Shown here: piece by piece, positions 21,916-33,272 of the stretch | Numbering within the stretch: position 1 is the first letter of the stretch | How the letters are laid out: every line of letters starts with the position of its first letter | Origin: Heteronotia binoei | Lineage: Eukaryota | Assembly (NCBI RefSeq): GCF_032191835.1 | Contig: NC_083235.1 | Location: 19,220,001 to 19,284,000 of the forward strand | Direction: 5' to 3' | Length of the DNA: 64,000 bases | Translations under genes and position numbers: made by a program | Notes under the pieces: generated by a model | What the model saw: only the letters and a program-made list of their open reading frames with translations | Told to the model about the DNA's origin: nothing | The model's database searches: none

Positions 21916-22297
21916 TGTTATGTATTTGCTGTGTTATGCATTGCATTTTACTGGGTTCTTGTTGCCTGAGTTTGAGACAGGCACTCCTTGCAAACCAGGA
22001 CCCCAAAGCCTGGAAGAACTGGCCAATCAGGATGCTAGGCAGGTAACAACTTGTAACAAAGAGATGCAAATAAAGGATTCTGGAGTAAGCCAATCAGGAT
22101 GCTAAGCATGTGACAACTTGTAACAAAGAGCTGCAAATGAAGGATTTTGGAGTGAGCCAATAGGAGTAACTGTTACCTGCTAAGAAGCGTGGTTAACTGT
22201 GGCCAGAATGTATATAATGAGTGAAGTGCCTGTGCTGTTACTTCTTGCAATAAGTGTTCTTGGTTGATTCAGAGCTGGCTGAACTCACTTTACAATA
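21916..22297 (+). mobile_element. Solo-LTR-like element with 67-bp internal tandem repeats
   Basis: TG start; CCAAT at 22023, 22090, 22157 (67-bp period); ATGCAAAT at 22064; TATATAA at 22211; right boundary and TSD uncertain. Confidence 0.55.
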
Positions 22298-22384
22298 ATA
22301 CTAGTCACGAGAGGCAATAACTATATGCCACTTGGGCACAATTAGATCAATGTGAACCATTTTGAGACCCACCACGGGTGGGGA

Positions 22385-22590
22385 GGGGCCGTGGCTTAGT
22401 GGAAGAGCACCTGCATGGCATGCAGAAGGTCCCAGGTTCAATCTTCAGCATCTGCAGTAAAATGATCTGGCTGTAGGTGATGTGAAAGACCTCGGCCTCA
22501 TAACCTGGAGAGCTCCTGCCAGTCTGAGGAGACAATGCTGACTTTGATGGATAAAGGGTCTGATTCAATATAAGACAACTTCATGTGTTC
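22385..22590 (+). mobile_element. tRNA-derived SINE (Squam2-like)
   Basis: ggggccgtggcttagtggaagagc...ccaggttcaatc head; copies at 28066-28270, 50040-50225 and 45655-45790 (reverse). Confidence 0.7.
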
Positions 22591-23021
22591 ATGAGAGGTC
22601 ATCTGAGCCTGGTCTTAATTCTTCCACTGAAATCCACATCGCCCTAGAAACTAAAGTTACCCGCCTCCAGGTGGGGCCTGGAGATCTCCCGCTTCTACAA
22701 CTGACCTCCAGCCAGCAGAGATCAGCTCTCCTGGATAAAATGGCTGCTATGAAGGGTGGACTGTATGGCATTGTACCATACTGAGACCCCTCCCCTCCCC
22801 AAACCCTGCCTTCTCTCAGCTCAACCCCCAAAGTCTCCAGGTATTTTCCAATACAGACCTAGTAGCCCTAGGCATCACACCACTTATTCTAGGTTTACCT
22901 GCCTCTAGGTGGTAGCTGGAGATCTCCCAAAATTAGATCTGATCTCCAGTCAAAAGACATCAGTTGCTCAGAGAAAACGGCTGATTGGATGGTGAAGTCC
23001 ATGGCATTAGACCCTGGTGAG

Positions 23022-23333
23022 CAGGGCTTTTTTTGTAGCAAGAACTCCTTTGCATATTAGGCCACACATCTCTGGTGTAGTCAATCCTCCAAGATCTTAC
23101 AGGGCTCTTAGTAGAAGGCCTACTGTAAACTCCAGGAGGATTGGCTACATCGGGGTGTGTGGAATTCTAGCAGGAATTCCTTTGCATATTAGGCCACACA
23201 TCCCTGGTGTAGTCAATCCTCCAAGATCTTACAGGGCTCTTAGTTCAGGGCCTACTGTAAATCCATGAGGATTGGCTACATCAGGGTGTGTGGCCTAATA
23301 TGCAAATGAGATCCTGCTACAAAAAAAAAGCCT
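23022..23333. mobile_element. CAGGGC MITE with internal tandem duplication
   Basis: Internal ~120-bp segment (cctttgcatattaggccacacatc...) repeated in tandem. Confidence 0.75.
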
Positions 23334-24229
23334 TGCTGGTGAGGTCTCTTCTTCCCCAAAACACCCCCTCCCCAAGCTCCACCCCCCCCCCCAATCGTTG
23401 GGAATTTCCCGACTCAGAGCCGAGAACCGTAACTTACTTTCCATTTTCATTTGGAGAAAAAAGTGCTTTCAGATAACTAAAAAATTGCAGTATAATCATT
23501 TCAGGTTAATAACTTTGCCTTCGCTTTGGACTGCACTGTTGCTTCCCAGTTCAGTCTGTGTAAAGTGGCTGCAAAACAGCAAAGAGCCTTGTGGCACCTT
23601 GAGGGTTAAGGAGGAAATGAAAGGGCTGCGCAAGTCACAAGAGATTAAAAAATAAGGCCAAGGCCTATGGTGCAAGTCAAGTAAAAATATATTTTATTAC
23701 TAACTCAGCTAAAAATTCTCTGCCAAGTAAAGAACACATTTTACTATTCAGCTAGAATTCCCAAGTAAAATTTTAACTGAATAATATATTTGTACTTTGC
23801 TTGCACCATCGACCTTGGTCTTATTTTGTGTCACCTTGAGGGGTAACAAATTTAAAAAGGTAAAGGTAGTCCCTTGTGCAAACACCAGTCGTTTCCGACT
23901 CTGGGGTGACGTTGCTTTCACAACATTTTCACGGCAGACTTTTTACAGGGTGGTTTGCCACCGCCTTCCCCAGTCAAGTTTATAGAGCCAAGAAAGCCTT
24001 TATTGGCATAAAAATAGCAGTACAAAATTAATACAGCGTAAAACAGGATAAAAACACAACTTTCATGTACACTTGTATGAACAGAAATTATTTCTGTTAT
24101 ATCCTTTGGCGCAACTTTAGAACAGAGTACAGAAACCTGGCTGACCTCTCAGTAACATTGATAGAAAAATCATTCACGAGTCTATGGACCTGAAGTGTGT
24201 CAGAGCAGTTGATCGTACTGGCTAAAAAA

Positions 24230-24520
24230 AGGTAAAGGTAGTCCCCTGTGCAAGCACCAGTCGTTTCCGACTCTGGGGTGACGTTGCTTTCACGTTTTCA
24301 CGGCAGACTTTTTACGGGGTGGTTTGCCATTGCCTTCCCCGGTCATCTGCACTTTCCCCCCAGCAAGCTGGGTACTCATTTTACCGACCTCGGAAGGCTG
24401 GAAGGCTGAGTCAACCTGAGCCAGCTACCTGAAACCAACTTCTGCCGCAATCGAACTCAGGTTGTGGGCAGAGAGCTCAGACTGCAGTACTGCAGCTTTA
24501 CCACTCTGCATCACGGGGCT
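24230..24520 (-). mobile_element. Sauria SINE
   Basis: Full reverse copy; partial copies at 23857-23995 and 24720-24825. Confidence 0.85.
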
Positions 24521-24875
24521 TTTACTGGCTAAAGCAGGGTATAAATATGTATAACATAGATTCGTATATACAGATGGCAGTGCAGGAGAACATGAGAAAT
24601 TGACTCAACACATTTGTGTTCACAAGGGCAATACCTAGCTGAATAGGCTGTTTTGTTGCATCTGCCATCAAGAACGCTCTGCGTTGTTGCGGCACCTGCA
24701 AATACAATATATAAGAGGCCATCTTCCCTGTCATCTACACTTTCCCCCCAGCAAGCTGGGCAGTCATTTTACCGACCACGGAAGGATGGAAGGCTGAGTC
24801 AACCTCGAGCCGGCTACCTGAACAAATTTGTCAGGCCTAAACTTTTACAGCCTGGACCTGAATGGCTCAGCAATC

Positions 24876-25330
24876 TAGCCTGATCTCATCACACCTCAGA
24901 AGCTAAGCAGGGTCAGCCCTGATTCGTACTTGGATGGGAGGCCCCAAAGGAAGTCCAGGGTTGCTACGCAGAGGCAGGCAATGGCCAACCACCTCTGTTT
25001 GTCTTTGTCCTCACCTGGCTAGCCTGATCTTGTCAGATCTCAGAAATGAAACAGGGTTTGCTCGGCTTAGGACTTGGCAAGAAGAGGCACCAGTGGACAA
25101 ACTATGTTTGTTTGTCTCTGTCTGGATGGCTCAGGCTAGCTTTATCTCACTGGATCTCAGAAGCAAAGCAGGATCAGCCCCGGTTACTACTTTGACAGGA
25201 GACCACCAAGGAAGTCCAGGTTGCTACGCAGAGGCAGGCAACGGCAAACCACCTCTGTTTTGACTCTTGCCTTGAAAACCCTACAGGGTCACCATAACTG
25301 GGCTGCGACTTGATAGGACTTTTCACCCCC
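24876..25330 (+). mobile_element. Cluster of three 5S rRNA-derived SINE heads with Sauria/BovB-type tail
   Basis: cctgatctc..ctcagaagctaagcagggtcagccctg..gtacttggatgggag matches the 5S A/C-box region; tail gcagaggcaggcaa.ggcaaaccacctctg. Confidence 0.7.
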
Positions 25331-25675
25331 ACCAGACTTTCACAGATTAGAGGCAACATGTTCTTTAAAGTGTTGGCTGAAAAGTGGGCTGAAATTAGAT
25401 ACAACTACTAAAATAAGCCACATAAAATATCGGGTAGTCTGTGTCTTAAAAGATTCAAGGTTAAAGACTTAAATGAAGAATGTCCTAAGTCAGTTCACCC
25501 TCTTAACTGTTACCTAACTACACTAGCATGGCATTTAAATCTAAATTTGAAGCTGAATTTCTCCATGTTCCTCCACATCAATATTTTTCCATTGGCTTCC
25601 CAAACCAACTTTCTACCAAGGCCCAGTGTACCATTCACTGATACCAAGTGATAGTACTGGAAAGAACATCTTTAC

Positions 25676-25718
25676 CTGTGTAAGTCCGAAGGTCATCTTG
25701 AAACTTCTCCTCATCCAT
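25676..25718 (-). CDS. Hepatic-lectin-like C-type lectin, exon 1 (cytoplasmic tail)
   Basis: ATG at 25718; MDEEKFQDDLRTYT-G|GTAAAG. The six exons (43+99+75+152+113+166 = 648 nt) give 215 aa collinear with chicken hepatic lectin (MDEERLSDNVRLYKG...LFPCG...RTRNERFWIGL...EPN, from memory). Confidence 0.9.
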
Positions 25719-25828
25719 CTTCGCAGCAGAGGAAAAGTTAGAGGTGGCCGCAAGCGTCCTTTCCCTGCCAATGTGGCTTTTCTAAGCATGGGCGTACGCT
25801 GTTGACCAGTGTTGTTCCACCAGGAAAG

Positions 25829-25841
25829 GTTAATTTATAAC
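25829..25841. promoter_or_regulatory. HNF1-like site upstream of the hepatic-lectin-like gene
   Basis: GTTAATTTATAAC in context ggttaat...aacttgtt, conserved with 1047-1065. Confidence 0.6.
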
Positions 25842-26405
25842 TTGTTTTAGAGGTACAGAGCATGTCCCATTCTCCTGCCGCGAGGCCATCTATTTTTGGA
25901 TGACAGCTCCTCTGACCGCTCACGGAAGAGACATCAGCCTGCATCAGCCCTGGAGACATTCAGTAATGACCCTTTCATCCCCATTTAAACTTCTACTGGC
26001 CACCAATCAACAGTACATCACTTTATAGCCATAATACCGGGTTGGATCCTGTTTCTAATTTCCATTGGCATGGGGGCATGGCACAGATTTTTACCAATTC
26101 TCCCTTCCTATGGCATACCTCTGATTCCCCTCCAAGTTATTTGGGGGGGGGGTGTCTCTGATCCCCAAGGAAAGGCATCGGGGGCCATTCCAGGCTGCAG
26201 CAAGACTAGGGTTGCCAAGTCCAATTCAAAAAATATCTGGGGACTTTGGGGGTGGAGCCAGGAGACTTTTACAGACCATGCATAACTCTTGAGCCCGATT
26301 CCAGAAAACAGCAAGGCAAGAGGTAGGGGAGGCCAGAGCTGGGATCACAGTCAAGAGGGCACCCTCGCTTACCCCCCCCAGCAATTATATGAAAGATGCC
26401 TCTAT

Positions 26406-28040
26406 GCAGGGCTTTTTTTGTAGTAGAAACTCCTTTGCATATTAGGCCACCCCTCCCCCCCCGATGTAGCCAATCGTCCAAGAGCTTGCAGGGCTCTTAG
26501 TACAGGGGCTACTGTAAGCTCCAGGACGATTGGATACATCAGGGGGTATGACCTAATATGCAAAGGAGTTCCTGCTACAAAAAAAGTCCTGCCTCCATGT
26601 TCGTAATTATGGATGCTGGTAAGAAGGTTGTCAAGTTTTAACAGTGCCCCATAAGCCTGCAAATTTGGGATGTGCATTCGGATATAGCCTATCCAAATAT
26701 CTATCTCTTTTAAAAACATATTGGTATTTTTTGGATATATTTGTGTTCAGATGGAAAATCAGTTCGGGAAATTTCTGGAAATATTCAAGAGTAACTGGGA
26801 ATATCAGGAGCCAGCATTTTAAGGCTCCCAGGACTATTTTTTCCCTTTTATTTGACTGTTTCTCTGGGTTTTCCCAGGGCTTGGTATCAGCTAGCCATGT
26901 TGTTTTGGCTTTGATTGTGTCCTTTGAAACTGGTTTTGTTGATCCCATCCTTCTGCAGGAAATTCACAGATACCTCCCCTACACACATACACATCCCCAG
27001 TGACCCCTGCTCCATGCCCGGAAGATGGCAAAAACCTGCAGGATTCCTTTGCCAATCTGGCCTGGAGAAAAAAATGGTGACCGACTCCAAAGGGATAGAT
27101 GGAATGGATTTACACGGGGCTTTTTTTTTGTAGCAGAAACCCTTTGCATATTAGGCCAAACACTCCTGATGTAACCAATCCTCCAAGAGTTTACAGGGCT
27201 CTTAGTACAGGGCCTATTGTAAGCTCCAGGGGGATTGGCTACATCAGGAGTGTGGCCTAATATGCAAAGGAGTTCCTGCTACAAAAAAAGCTCTGATGCT
27301 AGCACATCATGTCAGATCATGTATTTGTTAAACTATCCTTCTTACATATTTGTACATGGAATAAGAAATCCCCTCAGTATTCATATTAGTGAAACAGCTC
27401 ATATATTGTGTACTTTTGAATTTACAGCAAAGCTTATTTATATGTTACTCCCCTTTTCCCCTTCTGTACCCCTACTGAAAATTTAAAATAAAAATCTAGT
27501 AGACAAAGCAAACCGGAACGCATCTTGGCCATCTGGAGGTCGACCTTAACAGTGGGAGGACTCCAGATGCCACCCAAAGAGTTGGCGACCCAACTGATCA
27601 GTCTTCTACCCAGGGCTTTTTTTGTAGCAGGAACTCCTTTGCATATTAGGCCACATACCCCTGATGTAGCCAAATCCTCCCAAGAGCTTACAGTAGGCCC
27701 TGTAAGAAGAGCCCTATAAACTCCAGGACTGGCTACATCAGGGGTGTGTGGCCTAATATGCAAAGGAGTTCCTGCTACAAAAAATGCCCTGCTTCTACCC
27801 AATTTGAACCTGTCCCTCCCACAACAGTGAGCTAGTAGCCATCACCAGGGCTTTTTTTTTGGGGGGGGGGGTAACAGTTCTCCTTTGCATATCAGGCCAC
27901 ACAGTCCTGATGTAGCCAATCCTCCAAGAGCTTACAATAGGCCCTGTAAGAAGAGCCCTGTAAGCTCCAGGAGGATTGGCTACATCGGGGGGGGGGGGCA
28001 TGGCATAATATGCAAATGAGTCCCTGCTACAAAAAAAAGC
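26406..28040. mobile_element. Cluster of four CAGGGC hAT MITEs (26406-26590, 27115-27292, 27611-27791, 27846-28040)
   Basis: The 27611-27791 copy has a perfect 8-bp TSD CTTCTACC. Confidence 0.85.
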
Positions 28041-29539
28041 TCTAGATTTACACATACACACAATGGGGACGGTGGCTCAGTGGTAGAGCACCTGCTTGGT
28101 AAGCAGAAGGTCCCAGGTTCAATCCCTGGCATCTACAAAAAAGGTCCAAGCAAATTGGTGTGAAAAATCTCAGCTTGAGACCCTGGAGAGCTGCTGCCAG
28201 TCTGAGTAGACAATACTGACTTAGATGGACCAAGGGTCTGATTCAGGATAAGGCAGCTTCATATGTTCATATAAGCTTCATTTCATACAAAATACTTGTC
28301 AGGGCTGACCCTGCTTAGCCTCTGAGATCTGGCAAGCTCTACCAATCAGCAATCAGAGCAATCTGGGTTGCAGTTCATTATTTGCTATAATTGCAAGTTC
28401 CTGGGTTTTGTCTATGATCTATTTAAACTCAGGTGGTTTAAAAAAAAATAAGCTTGACTACTGAGCCAGCTAGAACTACAGTTATTTCTGGCATTCAAAA
28501 ATCAGACCCTTAAATGTTATTGCAGTTTTAGGAGAAAATATTCTGTGCCTTTCTGCTCTTCCGGCTGAATCTAAAGGGCAACCAGCAAGAGCCTGCAACA
28601 ACGTGAGCTAGCAACGGTTTTGTGAGGAAAGATAAAAATAAATTCTTCAGAATTGCAGCCGTTCTGTTTATTATCATTTAAAAGCTAATCAAAGCAAAAT
28701 ATTAAAATTTTTGGAGAAAGAATACAGACATCAGCACAAATAACGGATTGGATATATATATAACAATTTTAAAGAAAACTGATATATATATTTCACACTT
28801 TTTAGTAATATTGGATATATTTTATGATTCTGTTTTATAACTATTGCTCCCATATATACTGTCTGGCTCAGTACCGTAATAAATTACTGAACAGGATTGG
28901 AATGTAAAATCCTATCTGAGTTTACTTTCAGATATCAGGCAGAAAGGCAGGTGTTTAAAAACAGCACAAAATCAGGGCTTGGACTCCAGAAGAATGTTCC
29001 ATGGGCAAATGGATTTCCACCTAAAGAGAGTCAATTTCCCACCTTCCCCCTCCCACTGCAGATCAAAACAAACCCAGAAACACTGCACCAGGGGTCCCTT
29101 TGTCCACTACGAGTTGGGACCCTTGTCCGTTATGAGTGGCACTCCGGAGGGCATTCTGCGGCAGGACGGGGGAGGCAAGAAAGCCAGGCACCCTCCTGTC
29201 CATGGATATACACTCTGCTGGATCCACGCCAAGATTCTCATGGTTCAGGCATTTATCATTATTAAAAGTGCAATTGTCATTTCCGTTTTAAAACAAACAA
29301 ACAAACAAACATTATTTCCTGAGATTTACAAAAGATGAGCCCTAGGAGGCGGCTGGCTGCATGATAACAAAGATGCTTTCAATTCAGAACAGTATCACAC
29401 CTAGCTTGGGAAAGACACGGCTAAAGCATGTACAGCTGCCTCCTGCTGCCATGCTCTGGTTATGCATCTGTGCCTAAGTTAGGGACAGCCTGGAGTATCC
29501 ATACTTGTCAGCGTCTGGGCAGCTGTGGTTAAAACTATT

Positions 29540-31667
29540 AGCTTGGGACAGGGGGAAAAAGTGCTTTAGCAAATATTTGCTTTGGCTAAGTTCTCATTGG
29601 GCCCATAGCCACAGCAGGGTATTTGCAGTGGAGCCCCGCTATAGGGATAAGCCCTGCCTCACACCCCAGGAGGACGCTAGACTCCCCACCCCCAGTGCGT
29701 CTTGCCCCAGAAGAGGCAGGGAGACTGGTGAAGGAAAAGGGAAGCCGCTCTGCCACTTCTGGTCAGTTTCACTCTCCATGGATCAGCTGTTAGGTTTAAC
29801 AGGTGGCCAGAGGGGAGGGAAATTGACAAGATGCAACAAGAGGCTTCTCTTTCCTCCCTGCTGTGGGAGGGGAGGGGGGCTGGGGAAGGAAAGAGAGAGA
29901 GAAAAGTCTTGCCTTTGATTGCAAACCTCCCTCCCCTGAGGGAGCCAGGTGATCACATCACAGACTCAGATGATTGCATCACAGTGACAGTCAAGGAAAC
30001 CAGGGTCACCAAGATACTATCAGATAGCCTTCCTGGACACCAGGACTCAGAGCACTGGGCAGAGTGAAGGACCAGGGAAAGCAACTGAAGGCAGAATACG
30101 ATGGCCTAGAACAGAGGAGCGGAACAATGAATAGTGAACAGAGTCCTAGAAAGAATAGTCTGGAAACACTGAAGTACCCTGTCCATATTCTGTCAACCAG
30201 GGTGGTGGTGGTGAGGTGAGGAAGGTAAAAAGGGTGAAGGAAGCCCAGCACAGAGGACAGCGTCCCATTGGTTAGGAGGCGCCACTGCAGCACGTCCTCC
30301 TTCCAGAAGACCAGCCTGTTCTTGACCTTCCCGGAAGGCTTCATTCCGGAGGGGCTGCGCTTTCTCACCTCCAGCTGTGAAGGTCTCCTTACTCAGCTAC
30401 AGCACTGGCTCAAGTCCTCGTACTCTTTTGTCCAGCTGCAGAAGGGAATCAAGGAGCTGAGTTAAAGGGGGGGTGGGAGCTGGAAAAACCCTAATCAGGA
30501 ACACAACCAGTGGTGTGATCTACACCCTCCGCTCAAATACAATTCATATTCGAGGAGCTGCAATTCATTTTTTTTTAAATGTGGGGGTGGGTTTGTTGCC
30601 TCACTATTAGCCTGGAACAGGGGGAGGGGGGGGGGGAGAAAGTGCTTTAGCAAATATTTGCTTTGGTTAAGTTCTCATCGGGCCCATAGCCGCAGCAGCA
30701 ATATTCCCTCTAAGCTGCAGAGTCTTGTGAGCAAAAATTCTACTTTGTGAGCCACTGGTATTAAAGTTGTGAGCTACTGCATACATTAGTGTGCCCTGGG
30801 GGGGGGGGGGTCATCCTTCCTGAGCTAAGACAAAGTGTGAGCTGGAGGCTAAAAATCTGTGAGCTAGCTCACGCTAACTCAGCTTAGAGGGAGCACTGCA
30901 CAGCTGGTATTTGGAGTGGAGCCCTGCCTCATCCCAGGAGGATGCTAGACTCCCCACCCCCTTGCCCCAGATGAAGCAGGGAGACTGGTGAAGAAAAGGG
31001 AAGCCGCTCTGCAGCTTCTGGTCAGTTTCATTCTCCCTGGATCAGCTGTTAGGTTTAACAATTCCCCACAAGCCAAAAAAAAAAAAACCTGGCTAAGGGA
31101 CTGGTTCTCATGGAAATGTTGAGATTTATGTCAAGGCAGTATCAATTCAAACTGTTAGGGCTCCCAAGATTCAGTGCTGCAGCATGAAAAAAGAAAAGAG
31201 TCTACCTATAGAAAACTAGCATGCAAAGGAAAAGGCTAGCTGACAGCCAGCCTCCTCTCCCTAACAGCTGCTTTCCTATGTGAAAGGTTTAACAGCTGGT
31301 CAGAGGGGAAGGAAACTGACCAGAAGCAGCAAGAGGCTTCCCTTTCCTCCCTGCTGTGTGTGGGAGGGGGCTGGGGAAGGAAAGAGAGAGAGAGAGAAGT
31401 CTTGCCTTTGATGGCAAACCCTCCCTCTTCCAGGAACAAAAAAATTCTCCACAAGCCAAAAAGAAAACCTGGCTAAGGGACTGGTGCTCATGGAAATGTT
31501 GAGATTTATGTCAGCGCAGTATCAATTCAAACTGTTAGGGCTCCCAAGATTCAGTGCTTCAGCATGAAAAAAGAAAAGAGTCTACCTATAGAAAACTAGC
31601 ACGCAAAGGAAAAGGCTAGCTGACAGCCGGCCACCTCTCCCTAACAGCTGCTTTCCTATGTGAAAGG
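29540..31667. repeat. Local duplications (29540-29930 vs 30600-31430; 31060-31290 vs 31445-31667)
   Basis: Direct sequence identity; the second copy carries a MITE at 30700-30898; a related copy lies at 46100-46390. Confidence 0.8.
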
Positions 31668-32249
31668 GCTTATTTTTGGGGTAAACAGTGGTATTCCATT
31701 AAGGCTTACAATTATGTTTCACCAGGGGTCGTTTTGTAGAAAAATAGTTGGTGGAGCTCATTAGCATAACTCAGTAGCATATGCCCCCCACAACCAGCCA
31801 AAATCAACCTGATGCAAGAAAGGAGAGCCCTGGGCAAGCGAAGCCTACTTGGGGTGGCTGGAGATCCAGCCAGCCCAAGCAGGCCTAGCTCACCTGAGGC
31901 TCTCCTGGGCTGCCCACTCCCCCCAGTCAAAAGGCCAGCAAACCACCCGCTGCCCAAAATCACATAAGAAGTGCAGAAAGGGTGGTGTGAGCATCTCCAG
32001 GGTTTAAAGGGCTGCTAGGGATGTGGCAAAGCTCCTGGTGGCTGGCTGGCTGGCTGCTCTCCTAATCCAGGGATTGTTATGCAGCTGCACCTGGAAAAGG
32101 TAGGTGGGAAGGAAGAGGGAGAACCCTCAGAAAGGGTCAGGAGCTACACTCCCGTAAACGCTTGCTGAATCTGAAGCCTGTGTTTCACCCAGATATGAGC
32201 CCACCAACCAAGGGAGAAGCAGGCCTTGTTGCACCTCCTGTATTTGTAG

Positions 32250-32255
32250 TTTATT
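32250..32255 (-). terminator. Candidate FBXL12 polyadenylation signal
   Basis: AATAAA on the minus strand ~1 kb after the FBXL12 stop; I saw no nearer canonical signal. Confidence 0.4.
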
Positions 32256-32425
32256 GCTAAACTGAAAGTGTGTGGCAGGCTAGAGCATGGAGAGGATTCT
32301 TGCGCCCACCGGTGAGTGCCACTGAAAGAGGATGCGGAGCCTTTACAGGAGGGCGTCAGGAGGTGTCATCCGGGCCGCAGCTGCATCGCCATGAGGGCAT
32401 AGAGCTTCCAAACAGACAGCAGGAC

Positions 32426-32619
32426 CAATGTTCCCTCTAAGCTGCAGAGTCTTGTGAGCAGAAATTTTACTTTGGGAGCTACCGGCATTCAAACTGTGAG
32501 CTGCTGCATCAATTACTGTGCGCTGGGGCCATCCTTCCTGAGCGAAGACAAAAAGGTGTGAGCTGGAAGCTAAAAATCTATGAACTAGCTCACACTAATT
32601 CAGCTTAGAGGGAACACTG
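32426..32619. mobile_element. hAT MITE (CAGTGTTCCCTCTAAGCTG family)
   Basis: Perfect 8-bp TSD AGCAGGAC. Confidence 0.85.
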
Positions 32620-32849
32620 AGCAGGACCCAGCACCGGCAAGCAACGTCATCTGCTCCCCCAATCGGCTTTGCTATCTGTCCAGCAATCACATGACTATGT
32701 GTGATGCAGCAGGGTCTTCACTGCTGCCTCTTGATGCTCTCTGATAAAAGTACCACCTTCCCCTACAGCTGTGCTCCATGGTGGGACAGGGAATCCTCCC
32801 TGTGGCTTACTAGAGGAGCTACTGAAAAGCACGAGGAACCCCGCCCAAC

Positions 32850-33212
32850 CAGTGTTCCCTCTGAGGCTTCTAAGCTGATAGATCGAACTCACTGCCCACT
32901 TTCTGTATATTTAGGACTGCTTGCCATTCCATACTATTGTCTGATGAAGTGTGCTTAGAACACACGAAAGCTTACAGTCTGAATAAACCTTTGTTGGTCT
33001 TAAAGGTGCTCCTTGACTCCTGCTTTGTTCCCTATAAGCTGAGTTAGTGTGAGCTAGCTCACAGCTTTTTTTAGCCTCTGGCTCATGCATTTTTTTCTTT
33101 GGTCAGGAAAAATAACTCCAGAGCAAACTGCAGTAGCTCACTACTTTAATGCCAGTAGCTCACGGAGCAGGATTTTTGCTCCGAAGACTCTGCAGCTTAA
33201 GAGGGAGTACTG
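32850..33212. mobile_element. hAT MITE interrupted in its TIR by a Penelope-like 3' fragment (~32863-33025)
   Basis: tgttccct duplicated around ctgatgaagtgtgc...gaaagcttac...aataaa...ttggtcttaaaggtgct; MITE TSD 6/8. Confidence 0.7.
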
Positions 33213-33272
33213 CCCCCAGCCTTCTGCCTTTCGACCTTCTCAACTACGCACATCAACGGGATTCTGTGTTTG

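Noticed and set aside
22021-22165. Regularly spaced repeats resembling a CRISPR array
   Set aside because: Eukaryotic DNA; these are 67-bp head-to-tail tandem units without unique spacers
24876-24950. 5S rRNA or tRNA genes
   Set aside because: All 5S-like and tRNA-like segments are degenerate SINE heads followed by SINE bodies, with no complete gene or terminator
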